A stretch of DNA of 64,000 nucleotides from Escherichia coli 042 (GCF_000027125.1 NC_017626.1), one strand, 5' to 3'; counted from the stretch's first letter, positions 50,171-59,779 are shown. Notes: generated by a model not told the origin, from the sequence alone. A program made the numbers and translations.

Positions 50171-51670
50171 TTAACTCGCCGTTTCAGGCTTAAACACAAT
50201 TTCCTGTTGTTCTTCATCTTCCTCGACGACTGGCGCAGTGCTGTGAATTTCAGCAACGCGTTTGCGCACACCAAACCAGCCTATAACCAGCAGAATACCG
50301 ATAATCGGCAGCGCCGCGATGGTATAAGTCCCGTTCGGGTAATCGAACGCCATCAGCACGAGGACGCTCAGCAAAAACAGTAATGTCAGCCAGGAAGTGA
50401 AGGGCGCGCCAGGCAGTTTAAAACTCACATCCGCGGCTTTGCCTTCTTTAATCGCTTTACGCAGGCGCATCTGGCACACGATGATAAACGCCCATGAGGC
50501 GATGATTCCCAGCGACGCGAAGTTCAACACAATCTCAAATACGCGCGACGGCACCAGATAGTTGAGGAATACGCCGACGACATACACAACCAGTGTCGCC
50601 AGAATCCCGGCATACGGCACATGCTGACGACTCATTTTCGCCATAAAACTCGGTGCGGAACCGCCCATCGCCATTGAGCGCAGAATACGTCCGGTGCAGT
50701 ACAGACCTGAGTTCAGGCTGGAGAGGGCAGCGGTCAGCACCACAATGTTCATAATGCTGCCGATATATGGCACACCCAGTTTAGAGAAAAACGTCACGAA
50801 CGGACTTTGCCCCGCCTGATATGCGCTCCACGGCAATAACATAACCAGCAACACCACGGAGCCGACGTAAAACAGGCCAATACGCCAAATCACACTGTTA
50901 ATCGCTTTAGGCACCATGGTCTGCGGATCTTTACATTCTCCGGCAGCTGTACCCACCATTTCAATGGAGGCAAAAGCAAACACTACGCCCTGAATCAACA
51001 CCAGCGCAGGCAGCAAACCGTGGGGGAAGAAGCCGCCATTATCGGTAATTAAATGAAAACCAGTGGTGTTGCCATCCAGCGGCTGACCACTACCGAGGAA
51101 CACTGTACCCACGACCAAAAAGGTCACAATGGCGAGCACTTTAATAAGCGCAAACCAGAACTCCATCTCGGCAAACCATTTCACACCGATCATATTCATG
51201 GTGCCAACGATGGTCAGCGCAGCGAGCGCAAAGACCCACTGCGGCACGCCGCCAAACGCACCCCAGTAATGCATATACAGAGCGACGGCGGTAATATCGA
51301 CAATCCCCGTCATCGCCCAGTTGATGAAGTACATCCAGCCTGCAACGTAAGCGGCTTTCTCTCCTAAAAACTCACGGGCATAAGAGACAAAACTGCCACT
51401 GGAAGGGCGGTGTAGCACCAGCTCACCCAATGCACGCAGAATAAAAAATGAAAACAGGCCGCAGATTAAATAGACCAGTGCCAGTGCTGGCCCCGCCATT
51501 TGCAGTCGGGCTCCCGCGCCTAAAAACAAACCCGTACCAATCGCGCCGCCAATGGCGATCATCTGTACCTGGCGATTGCCCATCGCTTTGTGATACCCCT
51601 CTTCGTGGGCATTAAGCCAGCGGCGTTTCGCGGCGTGCTGATCTGAAGTGTCGGTGTCGTGTTTACTCAT
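50171..51670 (-). CDS. ansP: L-asparagine permease (APC family)
   Basis: ORF extends to 51721; start placed at MSKHDTDTSDQHAAKRRWLNAHEEGYHKAM (499 aa); 12 TM. Confidence 0.92.
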   Translation of the reverse strand: MSKHDTDTSDQHAAKRRWLNAHEEGYHKAMGNRQVQMIAIGGAIGTGLFLGAGARLQMAGPALALVYLICGLFSFFILRALGELVLHRPSSGSFVSYAREFLGEKAAYVAGWMYFINWAMTGIVDITAVALYMHYWGAFGGVPQWVFALAALTIVGTMNMIGVKWFAEMEFWFALIKVLAIVTFLVVGTVFLGSGQPLDGNTTGFHLITDNGGFFPHGLLPALVLIQGVVFAFASIEMVGTAAGECKDPQTMVPKAINSVIWRIGLFYVGSVVLLVMLLPWSAYQAGQSPFVTFFSKLGVPYIGSIMNIVVLTAALSSLNSGLYCTGRILRSMAMGGSAPSFMAKMSRQHVPYAGILATLVVYVVGVFLNYLVPSRVFEIVLNFASLGIIASWAFIIVCQMRLRKAIKEGKAADVSFKLPGAPFTSWLTLLFLLSVLVLMAFDYPNGTYTIAALPIIGILLVIGWFGVRKRVAEIHSTAPVVEEDEEQQEIVFKPETAS

Positions 51671-51936
51671 TGCTCTCCCTGATTGCTTTAATGAAAAAGT
51701 CATATAAGTTGCCATGAACAATGTTTATTCATCCTGGCGATGATAGTTATCACCATTATTCTTTATGGGTATAAAACTATCGGCGCAGCATCCTACCCGT
51801 TATCGATAAACGATGCAAAACATCCCCTTACAATCCTGAAGGGGAATAATACAACTGACGAAAAAATGACAAATCCTTTTGCTGGTTAACCTGTGTACTG
51901 TCCTACACTTAATCTTTAAAAGATTGTGAGGGGCAT

Positions 51937-52554
51937 ATGATTAAGGTGTATGGCGTACCCGGATGGGGCTCTACAATCAGTGAGCTGATGCTAACACTGG
52001 CTGATATTCCTTATCAGTTCGTTGATGTCAGTGGTTTTGACCACGAGGGAACCTCACGCGAGTTATTGAAAACCCTGAACCCGTTGTGTCAGATTCCGAC
52101 ACTGGCGCTGGAAAATGACGAGATTATGACGGAGACAGCGGCGATTGCATTGATGGTTCTCGATCGTCGCCCGGACCTTGCGCCACCGGTTGGGCGCGCC
52201 GAACGTCAGCAGTTTCAACGGCTATTGGTCTGGCTGGTTGCTAATGTCTATCCAACATTCACTTTCGCCGATTACCCTGAGCGTTGGGCTCCTGACGCAC
52301 CCGAACAGTTAAAGAATAATGTTATTGAATATCGTAAATCGCTTTATATCTGGCTGAATTCACAATTGACCGCTGAACCTTATGCCTTTGGCGAGCAACT
52401 AACGCTGGTGGACTGTTATCTCTGCACCATGCGCACATGGGGGCCGGGGCATGAATGGTTTCACGATAATGCGCAGAATATCAGCGCGATCGCTGAAGCT
52501 GTATGTCAGTTACCGAAATTACAAGAAGTATTAAAAAGGAATGTCATTATTTAA
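51937..52554 (+). CDS. yncG: Glutathione S-transferase homologue YncG
   Basis: 205-aa GST-fold ORF. Confidence 0.9.
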   Translation: MIKVYGVPGWGSTISELMLTLADIPYQFVDVSGFDHEGTSRELLKTLNPLCQIPTLALENDEIMTETAAIALMVLDRRPDLAPPVGRAERQQFQRLLVWLVANVYPTFTFADYPERWAPDAPEQLKNNVIEYRKSLYIWLNSQLTAEPYAFGEQLTLVDCYLCTMRTWGPGHEWFHDNAQNISAIAEAVCQLPKLQEVLKRNVII

Positions 52555-53093
52555 CAATAATGCCGGAGGTTAATGTTAATGAATCACTGGCGTAATTAAC
52601 TGGATATCCATTTGTTTGCTATGAATAGTAATTAAAGTTGGTACAACTATTTATATGATTGATGTAATTTCGTTTTTTATATGAAATATCAATTTAATAT
52701 AATCCGAAAATAAAACATCTTTTCGCATGTAGAGAAACATGTCGATATGATAGTGCAGTGCAGATCATGTCATCAGGGTAGGGCGGTAGCGTATTTAATC
52801 AGGGAAAGATTACGCAACGCTGCTTTTTTGTATTGAACGATTCGCATTTTATGTTTAAAAATTGCGATATTCCTTATTTCCTGAAGCTGTTTTTATTGCT
52901 TATACATGATCAAATACTCCTTACATAATTAAGGAGAACAAAATGGAACTTAATACACGCCAACAATTTGTATTACTTAAATAGACCAGTGAAGGTACGC
53001 ATCAGAACATCCGGTGAAGTGATTAATATTTCGTTGAATATTTCTCCCGATTTTTGAAACCTGCTGCTGTAGAAATTCTGAACAGGAGGAATT

Positions 53094-53378
53094 ATGCCTT
53101 TAGCAGCCAAACTCACCGACAAAGGCACCCAGCACGACGGTTATTACGAGACCGTCATCACCGCCGGGTCATCCACCGTCTTTATCGATGGTCTTCCCGC
53201 AGCCCGTCAGGGAGATCCGCTGACGCCGCATGCTAAACCGAAGCATCCCCCTCATCCCCGTAAAATCGCCAGAGGTTCTTCAACCGTCTTTATTGACGGC
53301 CTGCCCGCCGCCAGAAGCGGTGATGCTGTTGACTGCGGCGGCGTGGTTATTGGTGGCGGTACGGTAAATATAGGCTGA
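53094..53378 (+). CDS. PAAR-repeat protein (T6SS spike tip)
   Basis: 94-aa ORF with two LPAAR motifs (VFIDGLPAARQGD, VFIDGLPAARSGD); SD aggagg; 18 bp upstream of vgrG. Confidence 0.8.
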   Translation: MPLAAKLTDKGTQHDGYYETVITAGSSTVFIDGLPAARQGDPLTPHAKPKHPPHPRKIARGSSTVFIDGLPAARSGDAVDCGGVVIGGGTVNIG

Positions 53379-53396
53379 TATGTCTGAGAGGTATTT

Positions 53397-55802
53397 ATGT
53401 CCTTAAAAGGTCTTCGCTTTACGCTGGAGGTTGACGGCCAGGAGCCGGACACCTTTGCAGTGGTGAATTTCAGGTTAATCCAGAACCAGTCATATCCGTT
53501 TGTGATGAGTGTGGATGTTGCCAGCGACTCTTTTATGCAGACGGCGGAGATGCTGCTGGAGAAGAAGGCGACACTGACCATCTGGCAGGGCGCAGTGGCG
53601 CAGCGTTATGTCACCGGCGTGGTGGCGGGTTTTGGCATGCAGGAGAATAACGGCTGGCAGATGCGTTATCACCTGCGTATTGAGCCGCCGTTATGGCGGT
53701 GCGGGCTGCGGCAGAACTTTCGTATCTTCCAGCAGCAGGATATCCGGACGATATCGGCCACGTTACTGAACGAGAACGGCGTCACGGAGTGGACGCCGCT
53801 GTTTTATGAGGACCATCCGGCGCGGGAGTTCTGTGTCCAGTACGGGGAGTCGGACCTGGCGTTTCTGTCCCGGCTGTGGGCGGAGGAGGGTCTTTTCTTC
53901 TTTGAGCGGTTTGCGGCGGACAGTCCGGAGCAGAAGCTGACGCTGTGCGACGATGTGGCGGGGCTGTCACAGGCGGGGGAGTTTCCGTTTAACCCGGACA
54001 CATCGGCAGGTGCGGAGACGGAGTGTGTCAGTATGTTCCGTTATGAGGCGCATGTCCGCCCGTCATCGGTGCAGAGCCAGGATTACACCTTTAAGGTGCC
54101 GGACTGGCCGGGGATGTATGAGCAGCAGGGTGAGAACCTGAACGGACAGCTGGAGCAGTATGAGATATTTGATTATCCGGGAAGGTACAAGGATGAACAG
54201 CACGGCAAGGATTTCACGCTGTACCAGATGGAGAGCCTGCGCAGTGATGCGGAAAAGGCCACAGGGCAGAGTAATTCGCCGAAGCTGTGGCCGGGAACGC
54301 GGTTTATGCTGACGGGGCATCCGCAGAAGATGCTGAACCGTGAATGGCAGGTGGTACAGAGCATACTGTCAGGAAACCAGCCGCAGGCGCTGCACGGCAG
54401 CCAGGGAAAGGGAACCACGCTGGGCAATCAGTTAGAGGTGATACCGGCGGACCGGACGTGGCGTCCACGGCTGCAAAACAAACCGAAGGTGGACGGGCCA
54501 CAGAGCGCCATCGTCACCGGTCCTGCGGGAGAGGAAATCTTCTGCGATGAACATGGACGGGTACGGGTGAAGTTCCACTGGGACCGTTATCACGGGATGA
54601 CGGAGGCGAGTTCATGCTGGGTGCGGGTATCGCAGGCGTGGGCGGGGCCGGGGTTCGGTAACCTGGCGATACCACGGGTGGGTCAGGAGGTGATAGTGGA
54701 CTTCCTGAACGGCGACCCGGACCAGCCGATAATCATGGGGCGGACGTACCATGAGGACAACCGTTCGCCGGGCGACCTGCCGGGAACGAAGACGCAGATG
54801 ACCATCCGGTCAAAAACCTATAAAGGAAGCGGATTTAACGAGCTGCGGTTTGAAGACGCCACCAGTAATGAGCAGGTGTATATCCATGCCCAGAAGAACA
54901 TGGATACGGAGGTGCTCAACGACCGGACAACGGATGTGAAACATGACCATACGGAAACCATCGGGAACGACCAGAAGATAACGGTGGTGAAGGGGCAGAC
55001 GGTTCAGGTCGGGACCAGAAAAGAAGGGGGCCACGACCAGAGTATCACGGTGGCGAACGACCGGTGCATCACGGTACGTAATGACCAGACGCTGCAGGTG
55101 ACGAATGACCGGACGGTGAGCGTGAGTAATGATGACGGCCTGTACGTCAGAAATGACCGTAAAGTGACGGTGGAAGGGAAGCAGGAGCATAAGACGACGG
55201 GGAACCATATCAGTCTGGTGGAGGGAAAGCACAGCCTGGTGGTGAAGGGGGACCTGGCGAGGAAGGTGAGTGGCGCGCTGGGGATAAAGGTGGACGGGGA
55301 TATCGTGCTGGAGAGCAGCAGCCGGATAAGCCTGAAGGTGAGTGGCTCGTTTGTGGTCATCCATTCAGGGGGCGTGGACATCGTCGGGCCGAAAATCAAT
55401 CTCAATAGCGGCGGTAGTCCGGGGACGCCGGTGCCGGCGCTGCAACCGGCGGTGCTGAAGACACTGGGGGATGAGAAGAGTGGTGATGGCAGTGATTCCG
55501 GAGAAGAAAATGAAGACTCTGGAGGGAACTGCGTGACCGGAAGTGGTGGTGATGATCGAGGTGACGATGAGGATGAACCTGAAAAATATACTCTCCAGTT
55601 CCATTTTACAGACGATGACGGGATACCGTATTCAGAAACCCGCTACATTGCCTTCTTTGAGGATGGCACGCAGACCCGCGGAGAAACGGATGAAGAGGGG
55701 TATACAGAGCGTTTTTTTGTATCTAGCAAACATGAAATTAAAGTGAAGTTGTTATTTGCGAATGATGATTTTCTCTCAATGGAAGGACACTATGGACGAT
55801 AA
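53397..55802 (+). CDS. vgrG: Type VI secretion spike protein VgrG with C-terminal extension
   Basis: 801-aa ORF with gp27/gp5-like N-terminal two thirds, beta-helix repeat region (TVSVSNDDGLYVRNDRKVTV...), then an acidic Gly/Ser/Asp linker and a ~70-aa C-terminal domain. Confidence 0.9.
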   Translation: MSLKGLRFTLEVDGQEPDTFAVVNFRLIQNQSYPFVMSVDVASDSFMQTAEMLLEKKATLTIWQGAVAQRYVTGVVAGFGMQENNGWQMRYHLRIEPPLWRCGLRQNFRIFQQQDIRTISATLLNENGVTEWTPLFYEDHPAREFCVQYGESDLAFLSRLWAEEGLFFFERFAADSPEQKLTLCDDVAGLSQAGEFPFNPDTSAGAETECVSMFRYEAHVRPSSVQSQDYTFKVPDWPGMYEQQGENLNGQLEQYEIFDYPGRYKDEQHGKDFTLYQMESLRSDAEKATGQSNSPKLWPGTRFMLTGHPQKMLNREWQVVQSILSGNQPQALHGSQGKGTTLGNQLEVIPADRTWRPRLQNKPKVDGPQSAIVTGPAGEEIFCDEHGRVRVKFHWDRYHGMTEASSCWVRVSQAWAGPGFGNLAIPRVGQEVIVDFLNGDPDQPIIMGRTYHEDNRSPGDLPGTKTQMTIRSKTYKGSGFNELRFEDATSNEQVYIHAQKNMDTEVLNDRTTDVKHDHTETIGNDQKITVVKGQTVQVGTRKEGGHDQSITVANDRCITVRNDQTLQVTNDRTVSVSNDDGLYVRNDRKVTVEGKQEHKTTGNHISLVEGKHSLVVKGDLARKVSGALGIKVDGDIVLESSSRISLKVSGSFVVIHSGGVDIVGPKINLNSGGSPGTPVPALQPAVLKTLGDEKSGDGSDSGEENEDSGGNCVTGSGGDDRGDDEDEPEKYTLQFHFTDDDGIPYSETRYIAFFEDGTQTRGETDEEGYTERFFVSSKHEIKVKLLFANDDFLSMEGHYGR

Positions 55803-56583
55803 TAATCAAACTTCTGGACAACCAAAGCCAGAGCCAGAAGAATGTGTGAAAGAGCAAAAAATAACTGATCATTTTAAAATAATGATTGATAAGGCTCGTA
55901 AGGCACAAAAGTTGGTTTTGATAAAAAGAGCAGATGATCTTTTGAGATGGGGAGCACAGGAGGAATATGATTTCAGTAAGATCTTTGGTGTTAAAGGAAA
56001 TAAGGAGGTTAATATAAGAAAATATGGACATAATACAGGTAGGCGCATGAATGCTAGATTTCTTATGATGGATGGTGTGAGAAGATTAATGATTATAGCT
56101 AATGATTTAACAATGAGCAGTTTTATAAATTATACAGGTTGTAATGAATTTGCAGCATTCGTCAGCCCAAGTAAGGATATGCCCTATATAATTAACATAG
56201 GCGCAAAATTTGAGTATAGAGATGGCAAAAAAAATCCAGTAACGGGAAAGGATTCTCATGTTGCTACTTTATGTCATGAAATGTCTCATATTCAGTGGTA
56301 TTATGGGGATAATAAAAAAGGTGGTATGTGGTCACAGGATTATACAACTACTGATAAATATTCAACGTGCAAAGAGGATGAAGTTTCATATGACGAACAT
56401 ATCCGTATTGCAACTAAACTGATCTCTAAACAAAAAGATCAAATATTCGAGAATGCATATAACATAGAAAGATATTTTGAAATAAGATTAATTGAAAGTG
56501 AGATAGACTCGATTAATGATGAAATATTAAGCAATTCAGTTAAGAAAAAAATAGCGGAATTAGAAAAAGCACTTCTCCATTAA
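55792..56583 (+). CDS. Putative T6SS cargo effector with HExxH zinc-metallopeptidase motif
   Basis: 263 codons from ATG 55792, which overlaps the last 11 bp of vgrG; motif TLCHEMSHIQWYYG (HEXXH); no signal peptide or TM segment. Confidence 0.6.
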   Translation: MDDNNQTSGQPKPEPEECVKEQKITDHFKIMIDKARKAQKLVLIKRADDLLRWGAQEEYDFSKIFGVKGNKEVNIRKYGHNTGRRMNARFLMMDGVRRLMIIANDLTMSSFINYTGCNEFAAFVSPSKDMPYIINIGAKFEYRDGKKNPVTGKDSHVATLCHEMSHIQWYYGDNKKGGMWSQDYTTTDKYSTCKEDEVSYDEHIRIATKLISKQKDQIFENAYNIERYFEIRLIESEIDSINDEILSNSVKKKIAELEKALLH

Positions 56584-56606
56584 CTAATAAGTCGAGAAAT
56601 ATATTA

Positions 56607-57428
56607 ATGCTGCAAGCTATAAAAAAAATCATAATAATGACAATCGTAAATATTATATTTTTCTATTCCTTTCAATCGACTGCGGATGAAATGGTTTTAA
56701 TAAAAAAATACGGGTTTGGGCTTGAGAGAGATATCAAAGGAAGGCCATTAATTTATCCTATCGAAAATTATGATGAGTGTAAGAAAAAATGCAATCATAT
56801 GAATTATATAGCGGATGTCAATGCTCAATTAGCTATGAGTAAAAAAAATAACAGGATTTTTGCTAACATAACCTTTACTAACAATAGCTCTACCACGTAT
56901 TTTTTTTCTAAATATTACCTACCTATGAAAGTAAAAGATGGAAAAGGAGATGAATATGATGCGATATGCAAAAAACCATTCAGAATCAACTCTGGGAATA
57001 TCACGTTGGACTACTTAGGTGGTTCATGTCCTTTTGAAATTAATACGAATCCTGAACGGTGGAATACTATTAAACCAGGTCGTAGTTTTTTGTTGAGTAT
57101 AACCTTAAATGATATGTATGCCTTTATACCAGGAGATAATTATTATTTTATAAAATCATCTGGCTATAAATTTGTTAATGACAAGTGGTTTACACTCAAA
57201 TCAATCAATAATATTTTTCTTTATTTTTTAAATTTAAAAATTAATTGTGCTGATGATTTTTTTGATATTAATAATTTTACTACATGTGATAATTTGTTAT
57301 TAGATGAAAAAAAACACTTTTTTATTAATCAGTTATGGGCAATTGAGGATGAAAAAAATTCTATTTACGTCACCCCTGATGAAATTTCTATAAGTATAGA
57401 CGGCGATAACTTAAAGTTGCCATATTAG
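56607..57428 (+). CDS. Putative cognate immunity protein (secreted/periplasmic)
   Basis: 273-aa ORF 23 bp after the effector; N-terminal signal peptide (IIIMTIVNIIFFYSFQSTA/DE); AT-rich; no recognisable domain. Confidence 0.5.
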   Translation: MLQAIKKIIIMTIVNIIFFYSFQSTADEMVLIKKYGFGLERDIKGRPLIYPIENYDECKKKCNHMNYIADVNAQLAMSKKNNRIFANITFTNNSSTTYFFSKYYLPMKVKDGKGDEYDAICKKPFRINSGNITLDYLGGSCPFEINTNPERWNTIKPGRSFLLSITLNDMYAFIPGDNYYFIKSSGYKFVNDKWFTLKSINNIFLYFLNLKINCADDFFDINNFTTCDNLLLDEKKHFFINQLWAIEDEKNSIYVTPDEISISIDGDNLKLPY

Positions 57429-57447
57429 GAATCTGTGAAAGAACAAG

Positions 57448-57936
57448 GTGCGCCGCTTTTTTGTACTAAATAATTCGCATTTTAGTCACGGCAGAGAAGA
57501 AATCCATCTTCATATTGTTTGCGATGTCCCTGATGAACTTATTGATTTCACGTTTGAATGGAAAGGTCAGAAGAAATTATGCGTGGCAGTCTCCTTTTGG
57601 TCAATAATAGCAGAACAAAAGAAAGAGCCAGAAATGACGGTCAGATATTATATCAGTTCTGCTGATTTAACCGCAAAAAAGTTCGCCACAGCGATACGAA
57701 ATCACTGGCACGTGGAGAATAAGCTGCACTGGCGTCTGGACGTGGTAATGAACGAAGACGACTGCAAAATAAGAAGAGGAAACGCCGCAGAATTATTTTC
57801 AGGGATACGGCACATCGCTATTAATATTTTAACGAATGATAAGGTATTCAAGGCAGGGTTAAGACGCAAGATGCGAAAAGCAGCTATGGACAGAGACTAC
57901 CTCGCGTCAGTCCTTGCGGGGAGCGGGCTTTCGTAA
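57448..57936 (+). pseudogene. H-repeat-associated (ISAs1-family transposase) C-terminal remnant
   Basis: 162-aa ORF whose C-terminal ~110 aa ([63 protein letters not shown]...) matches the C-terminus of H-rpt / ISAs1 transposases; N-terminal catalytic part absent. Confidence 0.75.
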
Positions 57937-58044
57937 TCTTGCCCTGGCGATCGAATAGCGCAGATGACGGTGCTCTAAATTTGAATCTAATAAGCCGGTG
58001 TTATTTTTCATCCACTATTAAAATCTTGACACAACGAGGCAACA

Positions 58045-58605
58045 ATGAAAAAAAGCAAAAAAATTAAAACAATGAACCATCAAAATAATAGCGGGATACA
58101 AAATCAACCAGACTATCACATCGAAATAGAAAGAAAAAATATGGTAAGATTGCTTGATGAACGTATTGATAAAGTTTACGGTTCATTGCTAGGACCAATG
58201 AAAAAGAAAAATATAGATAAAATACGTCATTTTACACTTGATGTAATGGTGTTTATTCTTGACACGAACCCTCGTGTTTGTAATAAATTATCCAGGGAAA
58301 TAATATCTTTAGCGCAAAATACCTTCATTGAAAAAAACGTTAATTTTTCAACTTTTAATAATGAACAGCATAGAATAAGGGAGTATATGAATGAAGGTGG
58401 TGGAATACGATGGTTTACATGGGATAACCCCGAGATATCTTTTGTTCGTGCATCTTTTGGCCTTTTTGTCAAAATGGAAACAAAAGGTGATCATGAACAT
58501 ACACTAAGTGACACATTTCTTCAGATTGTTGAGTGTGTTAATTTAAATATAGGACTTATTGCAAAAGATGAACTGGTAAAAATCATCAATAAACACTTTA
58601 TGTAA
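58045..58605 (+). CDS. Hypothetical protein (AT-rich orphan)
   Basis: 186-aa ORF in a low-GC block downstream of the H-rpt remnant; no recognisable motif. Confidence 0.4.
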   Translation: MKKSKKIKTMNHQNNSGIQNQPDYHIEIERKNMVRLLDERIDKVYGSLLGPMKKKNIDKIRHFTLDVMVFILDTNPRVCNKLSREIISLAQNTFIEKNVNFSTFNNEQHRIREYMNEGGGIRWFTWDNPEISFVRASFGLFVKMETKGDHEHTLSDTFLQIVECVNLNIGLIAKDELVKIINKHFM

Positions 58606-58964
58606 AAATATACTTCTGTATGAAGTTATAATAATACAGTGAAAATCATCAAATTATTAATTAATGATGCTCTTTGTTATTATTTACTTTTTACAATTGA
58701 ATCAGGGGTTTTATTTTCTGTAGTAAAGTTGTATTTTTGCTAAAGGTGATAAAGTACAGGTGTTTATATTAAATTAGAACTCCCCTTAATTATCATAAAT
58801 ACAAAGAGGTGAAAACATGCGGGGGTGTTTTCGTTAAATAATACCATGGTGAATTAATAACATGCTATCAGTGATATACATATTTTCTCTAACAAAGTTT
58901 TAGTAAAATTACGCGTAGTAAGAAGATTCCGCCAAAGATTCCATATAATAATATTAAGGTTGTT

Positions 58965-59600
58965 ATGAATAAAGGTAATAGATTACAACAGTTAGAAGAT
59001 GCGTGTCGTGATATTATTAAAATTAACATGTGGTATGAACTCCCCGATTATGTATTTTTTTCAATATCTGACACCATCGATGGGACGAGTGATGAATTCG
59101 CAATAAATGTGTATAAAAATATCGATAAAAGTCTTCTTGAAATATTATTGCATCCATCTGTTTTACTGTCAGTTGTTGAGTCCTTACAAAGTAATACTAT
59201 AGCTGAGTATATCGTGAAATTGTCTGAAATAGAGATGAATTATGACGACTTGCTAATATCGGATGTTAAATCATGTCTTTTTATCAACTATGGATTCAAT
59301 AACAGTGAATCGGTTGCGCTATTTAATAAGATTTACCGCGAATTAAAAGATATTGTAAAATCATCAAGAGTACATATAGATCATGAGAAAGATATTTTTG
59401 ATGGCCTTAATCAAATCTTGGCTTTTTCCGATAATAATAAACATGAGTATTTTTTATATATAAAGGCATATTGGCTCAGTTTATACTTTTGTGAAATTTC
59501 ACAGAACGTGAGAGAAAGAGATAAGTTGTCATTTTATTATAATGAATTTTCTGTCCGATTTCCTAATGTTGTCCTATATCCGTCATGCTACAAATTGTAA
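58965..59600 (+). CDS. Hypothetical protein (AT-rich orphan)
   Basis: 211-aa ORF in a low-GC block; no signal peptide; no recognisable motif. Confidence 0.4.
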   Translation: MNKGNRLQQLEDACRDIIKINMWYELPDYVFFSISDTIDGTSDEFAINVYKNIDKSLLEILLHPSVLLSVVESLQSNTIAEYIVKLSEIEMNYDDLLISDVKSCLFINYGFNNSESVALFNKIYRELKDIVKSSRVHIDHEKDIFDGLNQILAFSDNNKHEYFLYIKAYWLSLYFCEISQNVRERDKLSFYYNEFSVRFPNVVLYPSCYKL

Positions 59601-59779
59601 GGCTTGGCACCTGAAATTCATTGTTAATTCGAGACGCTTGATTGTCCACTATATCAAAACAGTCATACCTCGGAATTTTCTCGCATTAGTCCATACGGTA
59701 TTCAATATTCGCAACTGTGCCCTGAAATAAAAAACTGCAAAACTGCTTTTTCTTGACCTGTCCCAATCACGCAAGACTA

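Noticed and set aside
53782-54501. Several Pro/Arg-rich minus-strand ORFs inside vgrG
   Set aside because: Antisense artefacts of the GC-rich vgrG coding region.
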